A DNA stretch of 64,000 nt from Podarcis filfolensis. Its lineage: Eukaryota. Position 1 is the stretch's first letter, and every line of letters begins with the position of its first letter. The notes below the pieces were generated by a model, which had not been told where the DNA came from, did no database searches, and worked only from the letters and a program-made list of their open reading frames with translations. The stretch is taken from NCBI GenBank assembly GCA_964270895.1, contig OZ185442.1; one strand, given 5' to 3'. The position numbers were made by a program, and so were the translations under genes. Positions 25,201 through 37,200 of this stretch are shown here, in pieces.

Positions 25201-28200
25201 CCTTCCAAACTATCCTGCTCCAGTGGCAGCAGTCCAAAGTGCCACACGGGAATTTGCTCCCATAAAGACCAGCAATATTTTTCCCAATGTGCCTCTGCAC
25301 TTACTTGATATCCCAGATGTAGATGTACGTGTCAACCGAACTGGTAACCAACAGGTCCGGCTCAAAAACTGCCCAGTCCAAATCACTAGAAAAGTTGCAA
25401 ACAAGGGAAGGGGGGGAGCATCAGCAAGAGGGATCTATCTTGGACAGCTGCAAACACCAGACTCTGCATGGTCATTAGTAATTCTCTTGTTCATTGCCTT
25501 CTTAACACAATACCCCATTGGCCCAGTTTCACAGCTCCAAAGACCAGCTTTTCCAAAGACAGAAGGCGTCATCCAGGGAGCTTTAGCTACAGGCCCTTTG
25601 CTAATTTTCCTGGCCACTGTGTTTCTCTAGGGCAGAGGTACGGAACCTCCCACCCATGGGCCAAAGGGAGCTCCCAGGACCCTCCCCAGAGTGCTTTGGT
25701 TTAGCTAAAATATGTTCTTGAAATATAATACCTCTTGGAGGATGGAAAGGGGTGTGTGGATGTGTGGGGGTGTAAAACTCACTTGTGTGGCTGGAATGTA
25801 GCACATTGTACAAAAGGCAGGAGTCACATCTGCTGATCCACCCACTTTTACCCCTGGTTCCATCCACCACTGGATTGTGTCCACCTCATCCCACAAGATT
25901 GCCCATGAGATTAAAATGTTCCCCACCACAGCCCTGGAGCAGAAGGTTCCACAAAAACAAGATCCATGATGGCAAACAGTGTTCCTGAAAAACAGCTAGC
26001 CCACTACTACTGAGATCTCCCTATAACACAGCCACAGAAAGAGCAATATTGCTTAACATCTGTATGATGCTTCCTATACATTAACACCCTGCAAGGTACA
26101 TCGGTATTATTATCAGCCATATTTCAAATAGGGAGGCTGTGACCGAGAGTGCTGTTTGCCTAAGGTTACCTATCGAGCTCATGGCAGAAGTGAGATTCAA
26201 AATGGAGATTTCATGACCTGTAGCCCAGTCTCTTAGCCCTTAGGCTACCCCAGCTCCCAACAGAATTTGTGTCCTGGAATATTCTTCTGAATCCCCCACA
26301 ATACAAAGCAGTTTCACAGAAAACAAACTGGCATGCAAAGAGGTAGAAAGTTTGAAAAGCACAGCTCTGGGGACTAGGAGTTCCAGCCCACCAGAGAAAA
26401 ACACCCTGTTGCTGCTGAGACCATCATTTAATGAGGATGAGAGGGGGAGGCTTAATCTTCTTCTCCCTCTAATTCACTGCATGAATATTGAAAATATGTC
26501 CAGACAAACTCAGGATTTACTAAGCTGGAATATCTGGACATGTCCGCAGACAGTTGGTTAGACTGTGGTGCTGATAACGCCAAGGTTGCAAGTTTGATCT
26601 CAATAAGGGACAGCTCCATACTCCAGCACTGCAGGGGGTTGGACTAGATAATCACCAGGGTCCTTTTCAACTCTGATTCTATGAGCCCAAAGTTACTGCA
26701 GCAGTGACTGATGCACTTCATGCACTCCAAGCAGGGAGGGCCAAAAGGGGGCCTTCAGAGGGGGAAAGGGGGGGGGGTTCCAAGCATCAAGCTCATCACA
26801 TCAAGCCTGAAATTCCCAACACCATGAGCCAGTGTGCAAGGCTCACTGGCCCGCATGACAATGGAGTGCGCTAGGGCTCCCCAGGGCCGTACCTGATCAC
26901 ACGTGTGTGCCCTTGCAAGGAAGTGCCAACTTCCCCATTACCATCTTTCCATTTATACAGGTCAACTCGTTGGTTGCTCTGAAATTAAACAGAAGACATG
27001 AGAAGCCACAACACGGGCAGCAGAGTGCTATGTAGCTACAGAAGTGCTCCCTAGCACTGGAGCACTCCACCACACTTTAAAATCAGCAAGAAAGGCCCTG
27101 CTCTGGAGCACGTCAACAAGAGAAATTAGCTTGCCAGCATCTTTGCTACAACAGCTCTTCCTCCCTCCCTCCCAGCCACACCACCCCCAAGAGTCTGAAA
27201 TGAAATCCCCACAGAGATGCATCAATGCACCACCCATTTAATTTTTCCTAAATGATGCAAGACAACTTACGAGAATTGATTTGGCCGCTTTAAGTTCTCC
27301 TTTATTTACACAACCTCACCTGTTTTTAATGGCTTGCTGGTTCATTTTGATCCTCAGAATACTTTACTGATTCTGAAGTTTGTTATTTGCCTTGATCATC
27401 AAATAAAGTTTAGCAAAAACAAATTGTGCTTTGGTTCACACATCACATGAAACCATCGTTTTAAAAAAAAACCTATGGTTTAATATGAACAAGCAGCATG
27501 TGAACTGCTGAAAAGCTTTTGCTCCACTCATTTCCTGCTCAAAACTGGGCTTATGGTTTGTTTCCCTTCTGAGGCTTATTCTTTTCTTATGTTCTTATGA
27601 CTGCAAATCTTCTAGATGACCATCTTGGGAAAGAGGAGCACCCTTTCCCACCAGAAAACATGTTTAACTTTTCACACAACCAAGAAAAGTTAGCATTTGT
27701 AAGAACACCCAATGCAACTACTCCACTGCAAACCCTTGAAGCATCCTGATTGACAGGATAAAAAGGGCCATATAGAGTCATTAACTGTGCTGCCTCCAAT
27801 CCCTGTCCATGAATGAAGATGTCCTGGCCACATACAGACACATGACTTGGGATCATGTCCAATGTTACATTTCCCTCACCAAATGTTTAAAATGCTTCTA
27901 GGGAAGCGGCTAGAAGAGAGCTGAATATGTGTTTTTATGTGTAACACTGGAAAGGGCCAGATGTGGGCAAGCTTCCAAGAAGTTCTGTGGAATTCAAGCA
28001 GCCTGTCCCAAGAACTGAAAGGGGCTGATTATTGCAGGTTGATTGCAGAGTAAAGGGGTGTGTGGAATAAACATGATTGTTGCTATTGTTATTTCCGTTT
28101 AGGGTACCACGTGCGGAAGGTGGGACTCTGAACACTAACATAGCCCCATTCCCACAAGCTAGTTGGACAGATTTGTTGCACTCCTGGGATCCAATTGGGA

Positions 28201-31200
28201 GGAAATGTAATCACAGGATCAGGGCCAGCATGGAGCATACCGACGCAGCAAAGTAGTGTGAGTGACTGTCATGCGGGTTCCACTGCACAGCTCCTATGTC
28301 CCACTTGCTCTGGCGCGAGATCTTGCGGTGGCCATCAGAAGGTGCATCTAAGTTAACAATGTAGAGGAAGCGGCGCCTGCAAGAGACAGAAACACACAAA
28401 GAAGACATCAGCAGCATCACACTGGAACCAGCCTGTGAGTTGCTGCACCTACGATTTCCAAAGCACCAGAAGAATAGAGCACAGTCGACCACCTACAAAC
28501 TCCATCTTGTTTCTGAAACTGCTTGGGGGGGGGCGCGGAATCTTTATCGATGCTGGTCAAAATGGGTAAGCTACACTCCATCATGAGTGGAGTGCAGATT
28601 TTGCTCCCATGAACAGCTCAGACTTTCCCTGAAAGCAATGGGTGGCAGCCACTTAATTCAAGGATGGTTCTGAGGCTGGAGATAAACTTTCTTTCTAATA
28701 ACCCCAGCCCCTGGTAAACAAGCTAAGCTTGATGGGATTCTGCTATTCAGTCACACCAGAGTATTGGGAACCTCTGTAAGGTCCATGAGGTTGAGCAAGA
28801 ACCATGCAGCATCTCTTGTTAAGCTTCACAGCCATGAACAAAGACTTGAATCTGGGCCTCCTTGCTCAGCACTCGAACCACAACCCTACACTGGCTCTGC
28901 GACATAAATCGTGAAACGTTAAAGTGAAAGAGATGCAAATTAAAGACAGCTGTGAACAAGAGGACATTAACTTTGCTGCTGCAGAACTTCACAACAGCAA
29001 AATCCTATATGACATATTCCAGGCCAGGCTAATGCAAACTGCCTTAGTTGGATGCCAGGCTTGTGGCTGGCCTGGTTCCTCCAAGGGACTGACGGAGGCG
29101 CTGGCTGACAGCAATGTAAGGCTACACGGTCAGACGGCTTAAAGACACAAAGTCCTACACGGTGTGTGACATTGCGCCAGAGAGACTGACAGGGAGGGCA
29201 GCTAGCTCCACCACCATGGAATGCCTCCCAAGAGGCTTAAAAATATCACAGAATATGATATGGAGACAACTATGTCCAACATTCCTTTCTCAGTCAGGAT
29301 GTCAGCCTAGTTTCTGCAAAGAACGGAAGGGAGTGTAAACATGTGTCTGGTGTGTATCACTTCAGACTACAGGTGGAGCTGACATGACTGAATGCTCTTT
29401 CCATGCAAACTAGTAAGTCAAGGAGAATGATCCCAACCAATTCTATGCATGGGGCTTTTGGAAAAACAAAAAACAAAAAACCCTGTATAGAAGAAGCAGC
29501 CTTCCAGTTAGATGAACCAGTCATCCCGAAACAGATTTACTGCCTCGTCTGTGGATTGCAAGAACTAGGTCACAATTTAGATGCTTGCCTAGCTTGAGAG
29601 GCTGAAATCAATCTCAGATTTTTTACCACAAGGTGATTCTATCATGCCAGCCTTTACCTAATAAAAAAGCTGGCATTCACCACCTATGGTATATTCACTG
29701 AAAATAAGCTTGTCTCCAGATGATAAGCACTGCATTCTATCAGGGGCAGGCACATTTGAATAGAATATTTACCACAAGGATAATGTTGTCACATCAAAAT
29801 ATAAAATGAGAGTTACGAAATATCACTCTGGGAAGGCAAGAAGGAACAGGCATGAACCCCCATGCAGAGTAATGTCCAGAGACTTAGAGACAACCTGGGG
29901 AACGGCTGGGTGCAAAGCTGCACCAACTTTGTCCAGATACTCTGCCAGTACACTCTCAGTTCTTTTTTTTCTTTTTTTCCTTACTGTTTTTATTGAAAGA
30001 TTTTCATAGATAGCAAAGGTACATATAGCGTCTACGGTTTCAGTTCATGGAGTCCTATCTACATTTGGTGTGAGATAGTGCTATCATAGGCATTGTGAGG
30101 ATTGGGGGGGAGAAAGAGGTGGGGAGAGAGAGTTTGGAGAAAGAAGGGGGTAATGCTTTTTTCTTCTTTTGCACAGTGTATATGCATGGTTTTTGTGTCA
30201 CTGTCGCGTGGATAGGTTCTGCATCTATTCGTTTATTAATTTTTGTTGGTAGTGGGAGAGATTGGGGAGCCCAGGGCATGGCTGGTTGCATTCAATTGAT
30301 TGAAGTGAGGGGTGTGTGGGTGTGGTGTGTGTGGGTGTGTGTAAGGGGATTCTATGCTGTTGGAGGGTTTATGTTGGTATCTTGTTGAGCTGTGTATGAA
30401 ATAAAGGGCAGCCACACTAGAGTGAAGGCATCCTTTTGTTTGTTCCCATGCTAATTTCAATTTTTTTTGATGCCCTGACCTGGCATGGAGGGGGCAGGAG
30501 GGACAGGGTTGGTGCAAGTGCAATCAATCCACATTTACATGTAGAGAACTAATGTCTGCATAGGGCATTAGGGAAAGAAACAGCATACAAGGATGAAAAG
30601 AAGCATGAAGGTTAGACTTTGGAAAACACACAAGCAGGAGGATATCAGATAATCAAATCAGCAGAAGTTGAAGGTCACTGAACAGAGCTGAATACATGCA
30701 AGATGGGATTAGGGATAAGACTGAACAAGGCTTCAAACATCAGCAACATGGAAAAGAAGCAGTGTGGGGAGAGGCATAGTGTAAGACTCAGAAGTCAAGG
30801 CCTCATGATTTTGGATCTGAGCAGCGACCTGTGCCTCAATATATTTTTTTAAGACTTTGCCAAAATGAATTGCATCTCATTAAAAAAAAATCTGCTGGGA
30901 GGGAAAATATGGCATAGACTCAGCATGAACAAAGTCTTTCTTCATACAACATATAATTGACATATGGAATTCAATGCTACAAGGTGTAGAATACACGTTA
31001 GTAACAGACAGCTTTTTAAAAAGTTTACAACCGCGAAGTTTCAGACTACAGCTCCCATAGTCCCAAGCTATCATGGGAGTATTGATACTGGGGCTGATGG
31101 GAACTGTAGCCCAAATCCTTTGGAAGGGGCTAGACTGGGAAAGGCTGGTATGTACAAATTCAAGGAGGTTAGGTCTTATCAAAGGCCATTAGCCCACAAC

Positions 31201-34200
31201 AACTAAATGGAGCTTCCACCTTGAGAGACAGTGTGCTTCTAAACAGGACATCCTGACAGCAATCAGTGGGGTGGGGTGGGGGTTGCCTTCATGCTCTGTT
31301 TCCCAGAAGAGGCTTTTGAATGGCCAGTCATGAAAACAGGGCATTAGACTGAACAGATCCTAGAGTCAGATCCAGGAGGGGTTTTTTATGCTTTTGGCAC
31401 TTGAACTTATGCTATCAATCTCTTCTCTTCTGCCCCACTGAGAATGTGAAGCACTAGGAAGAGGAAGAACATCAACCCAAGAAGATGTGTCCATCTTCCC
31501 TCCACATCCACCTTCAAGCAGCTGCCAGGGCTAACTGCAATTCTATCCCAAAGGTGTTGGCACTCACCCAGAAAGCACTGCATGCTGCCCAAGACAGTCC
31601 ACGGACATTGCAGTTGCCTGCAAAATAGGAGAGAGAGAGAAAAAAAAATAAGGTCCCTCACATTAGCTTAGCCTGTCGATACATTCATTGCTTAGGAAAA
31701 AGAAGAGAATGTTAGGTTGGAAAATTTGGTGGTGGGGAAAAGAGACCACTAGAGTCAACCTGATAGGGATGAAATAAACCTGATTAAACACACAATTAGG
31801 AAGGAGAGCTACACACACTTACTAGAGAGTAAGTGCCACTGACAACAACAGGATTTACCTTCACGTGGGCACGAGTAGGGTTGCACTCTAAGGAAAGGAA
31901 TTCAATTTAGAGCAGAGGGGGAGTCAAGTGAGCTCTTGCCTGCAAATGCACAAATCACCTGCTCCAAAGATACTGAGATTTAAATATATATACTCAGTAT
32001 GCTTAAATCCAAGCATACCCAGTTTAAAGGGCTGCAGCCCCTCTTCACGCCAAAGGGTTTTTTTTGTCCCCGTTTTGCAAGTTCCACATAAGTAATGGAA
32101 GCAAAGAAAAGGGAAGGGCAGTAAAATAGTACTAGTTGATACTATTAAAAAATAGTTATGAAAAACTAAAAAGGATTATGACATTTTGGTTGAAAACAAC
32201 CTTTTTCAGGAGCACTAAAAAACAAGCATATTTGCAAACCAAAATACACACAAGCACAATGGAAAAGCCTGTGATAAGAACCTGAAGTAGACAAGACATA
32301 TCATAAAACCTAAAATTGCTAAAGGCTTTGGTATGCAGCCTGGGAATGCTATTTGATTTGCCTTTATCCCTTGAAACTCAAACAGCCTGAGTGGCAGGAA
32401 TGACCTTCTAAAACTGAGCATAATACACCGTGTCCACCCCCTCCCCAAGGAAAGAGATAGCCTTGCCAGTTATCCAGTTATTCAAGGCAGGATTGCTGCA
32501 ATGTGCTCCCCTTGAACACTGTTCAGCAACTACAGCTAATCCAAAATACCTGCCCTGCTCTTCAAAAAGGGAGTTGGGGGGTGTCACTCATTTGGTCAAC
32601 ACTTTAGCTTAAAGCTAGAGCTCTGCTGTGCTACCTTGTCTTCAAACCAGTAACCCGACTTCTATTTGGGTGCTGTAGTAAAATTTAGCATAAAGCTTTT
32701 AATCCCAACAAGCAAATCAATACTGGAGTCCAAGTTCTGAGTCCGCCAGTAAGACCTAGGATAGTAGCTCTGGGTAAAGCATGCAGTACGTCCCAGGTTC
32801 AGTCCCTGGAGTCTCCAGGCAGTGCTACGTAAAGACCCATCTCAGACTGGAGAACCACTGTCAGTCAATGTAGAAAATACTAAGCTAGATGCATCAGTGG
32901 CATAACTCGGTGTCTACCTAACAAGGATCACATCCTGCACCCCAACTGCTTTGCTGCAAATTGGCAGTGAATCAAGGCAGGTAAAGAGCAGCTACTACAG
33001 TGTTTTGGTAGTACTTTTCCCAGAAAGGCATAGACAAATGGAATGAGCCTGCAATGCAAACTCAGTAAACTTGTTTTATTAAAAGCACTTGATCTGCAAG
33101 CATATTGCACTGCTCGATAGCAATCAGACTACCTTGAAATGAAAGAGAAACACCATGAAAGGCAGCAAGTGATTAGAAGCAGATGAAACGCTTGCCTTTC
33201 CAGCCTCTCTTTGCTGTGCTTCTACACTGTCAATGTGACAGACTAGGTCAGTAGGTAAACACAACAGCTGTTGGGAGGAATGGAGAGAAAGATGAGCTCA
33301 GTTCTGGAAGGAGAAATTCCAGCATCAGAAAATGCCTAAAGGGCTTGGCCTTCTGGGAAAGATTTCTTCATGACCTCTGAAAGTCTGCCCAGAGCCAAAC
33401 AACAGCAGAATCTCCTTCAAGTGGGTCCTTGGGGCATCCGTAATTGCTCCCATTATAGAAATACCTGCTAACAGACTTGCACTGAAGCAGCTGCAAAGCT
33501 TGCAAGGAATCTGGAGCCACTACAGGACTCCAGCAGCTCAGTAACAATTTTTAGGTTTGCTGCAAATTCCACTCAAAAGATTCACATATCTCTGTTCCTA
33601 GAGCCCAACTAGGCTCTATGATCTAAGTATTTGGAAAGTAGATCCAATTGCTGTTATCCCTCTGGTTCCTGCAAGGTCTTTCCTGATTGAGATTGTTATC
33701 TCTTTTGAATGTTTATGTACCCCACCTTTTGATTGAAGGGTCCTCAGGGTATTTGTTTCTCAATAGCATTAATGTGTACGCGTTTACTCCTAGAGTCTTG
33801 GAAGACTAGGATTCAACAAGCAAGGATCCCACATGCTGGTCTATACTATCAGATGTCATCATGATGCAATTAAAAAGGCTTCATTGCATACTTTGCTGCA
33901 ATCAAATATTGACAAATAATAGATAGTCAACTGACCATCATCCCAATCCTAGTAAAAAAAATTATTAGTACACCATCTGCACACATATTTCCATGAAGTT
34001 TAACTACTTCCATCCCCTCCAGTTTATGTGCAGAAAAGTATTGTGACTTATGTATTGGGGATGCTGCACTTGAAAAGCCTTTCAGGAAGAGAGTTTGCCA
34101 GTCTTACTCTATAACATACTGCGCAGATACTCCTCAGTAGATATATCCATTATTCTATTTAATGAATTGGTTCCCAAAACAGTAATATTCTGGAACGAGG

Positions 34201-37200
34201 GGCTTCCACACAGGGAGCATTCACACACATTCAAGAGTTTTCTAGGATGTGGAGGAGAGATATTTTATTTTTATTTATTTATACTTGCCTCTTCTCATGC
34301 TCCTAGTTGCACACTTAAGCCTCATTCCAGTAGAACAAGATGACAGGAGAAGTTCCCATACCCTGAACCATTCTGCAAAGAGCACACATCCTGCATGGGT
34401 CTCATCTAAGCCTGGACAGGTTAAACAGAGTTGTCCAAAATTCCTGTCAATTACTGTCTGCTGCAGTCAGATACAATAGTGCTGAAGTGCTAAATGATGA
34501 AAGGGCATGCTTAGTCTGTGCTTCTTCCAACACTAAATGTAACCTTTTAAAGTATGTAAAAAAAGGCCCTGTTGGAACAGACCAAAGGCCCATCTAGTCT
34601 AGCTTCCTGTTCTCACAGTGGTCAATCAGATAGACTATGGGAAGCCCATAAGCAAAACCCAATAGCAACAGCACTGCTTCCACTTGGGTCCCAGTAAATG
34701 GTATAGAAAGATAAACTGACTCCAACAGCAGTCACAATGGAACATGAGATATGACACAGCTGCCAAAAAGGTTGCATGCTAGATAGCGACGAAGATTCTG
34801 TTTCCACCAAGCTTTGAAAGTAGGCACTGGTTAAGTGCAGCATGCCTTCAATCTCTTTATAAGAAACACAAGTACACTTATTTTACATTACTTTAGAAGT
34901 GGCACTCCCCAACAGCTGTATAGAATAAATTATCAGGAACAAGCTATATTCATAGAAACTGCCTACAGCATACCCCAATGCAATATTCAGGAAGCCTTAA
35001 CTACAAATGTTAAATTTCCTCAACACTATTTTTAAACCAATCGGTATGACAGATCACTGTATCTTTGTGTAAATTCAGTTCTCACATGACAAGCTTTTGA
35101 TTTTTTGAAACTGAACAGCAGACCACAATCTACAAGATGGAAACGACGGCAACTTACTGTACAAGGATGCTGTACAAGTTGAGCACATTACAAACGGAAT
35201 TTTCAGGTGGTACAGAGATAACACACTGGTAAAGGGTCTCATTTTAGCTGCAAAGCTATTATTGCAGCTCTGTAATAACAGCTTCAGAAATGAATAAATA
35301 AAAACTACCACTACTGGAAAAAGGAAGCTTCTTTACCCTCCGCCCAAAATAGACACCCATCCATCTAGCTGATAACCAGAAGCCCAGTATCCTGTTGGGA
35401 CATGGGGGAGCTATTCCCCCTTGGCAACAACACCAGTAAGAGGAGTAGACAAGGGCACATTATTCACCACTTAATAAACTTTCAACAGTTACTGTCCCTG
35501 GCTTAAGAGGTCTCGGGGCTGGAAGTAAGTGAAACTATCTGCCCAAAGAAGTAGCATCATGAGTGGCACCACAGGAACATCTGATAGACTCCATACAGCA
35601 AGGATGGGGAGTCTGTGGCTCTCCAGATGTTGCTGGACTACAACAAGAAACAACACTACATGAAGGCAGACAACATTAACCCCGCTACGTGGAAATTCCT
35701 TGTAGACCACCACAGTGCCTGGAGTCAGGTCACATATCCACAGCAGTGACCAGATGAGAAATGACCACTGGGAGGAGCAGAGAGAAGAAACACCATGGTG
35801 CATTTGTAACAGTGAAACTGGATGCCTTCATCTGCCCCAGCTGCAATAAAGCATGTATCTCCTGTATTGGCCTCTACAGCCACAGGAAATAACTATGCAA
35901 CAGTTTGACTTCACCCCCAATGGCACACTCTTCCATTGTCTCTTGTCTTGAGACAGATGCCAACAAGAAGAAAGGAGATTCTGACTAAGCATCAGGAAGA
36001 GCTCTCTGACAGCAAGAGCTGTTTGATGGTGGAACAGTCTCACTTGGAAAGTGGTGGACTCTCCTTCACTGGAGGTTTTTAAGACGAGGTTGGATGGCCA
36101 TCTGCCATGGATGCTTTACCTGAGATTCCTGCATAACAGAGGTTGGACTAAACGATCCTCAGGGTCCCTTCCAACCTTACAATTCTATGATTCTATGAGC
36201 TAACATCATCATCCATGACCACAGGACATGCTGGCTAGGACCAGTAGAAATCCAAGTCCAACATCTAGAGAGCCACATGCTCCCTACTCTGAAAAACACC
36301 TGTCCTTTCCCCCGCCACTTTTCAAAGAAACAGAGCCAAGAATCACATGCTGTCAATGGCCGGAACCACTGGAAGCACCTACTGTTCCAGAGGCAGGGAG
36401 AGGGAGGCTTGTTTCTCTTTCCTGAGTAATTTTATTTGGTAACAATGCAGGAAATATCTCCCCCAGTGCCTGCACATGATGATCAGCATGCTTTGCAGGG
36501 AATGGTTTCACAGACCAGCCTGAGACTTGGGCCAGGCCTAATTAATCCCAGAGACTGCAGGTTGGCTATTGTAAGGATGCTTGCCTAGATGAACCATTTG
36601 CATGATACACCAGGGTGTTTCTTGTGGGGAGAAGGAGACAGGTGGGTCCTGTAGCACTAACAAAATTATTTACTATGGCGTCAGTTTCCTGAAAAGTGGG
36701 CTTAAGTCCACAAAAGCTTATGCTGCAATACAATGATTTTTTGGTGGACTACCTGAAAATTGCTGAGGTTTTTGGTCAGAGCGCTTAATAATCTTTTTTG
36801 CTGCTGTTCTACAAATCGAAATATATAATGTTTTAATAACCACAATTGAGCCTTTCTAGGGAGATGAGTGAAGAAAAATAAAAACACTTTTTCTTCAATA
36901 CCAGCACCATCATGAAAAACAGCACCTTATTTGTTGCATAATTCTGAAGTTAGTTCTTTCACTTGTTCTACCTCCACTGTTCAATGTCAGCTGCTGGGAA
37001 TCCCAAGTGAGAAGAGTTGCTGTTGCACTCAGGTCCTGTTTTCAGGCTTCCCTTTGAGGCATCACATTGACCACTAGGAGAACAAGATGCTAGACTAGTT
37101 TGGCCTTTGTCCTGATGTTATTATGAAAAACATGGGCCCTGAACGCCCCTTAAGCTGGCAAATACTTTCAGAAAAATTAGTAGACCTGGTATCCATCATC

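Noticed and set aside
25004-25630. 208-aa plus-strand ORF
   Set aside because: Antisense shadow of WDR59 exon 5; no independent evidence
26550-26610. tRNA-Ile-like sequence (and other tRNA-like SINE heads) as tRNA genes
   Set aside because: Acceptor stems are broken and each runs into a SINE body or LINE tail
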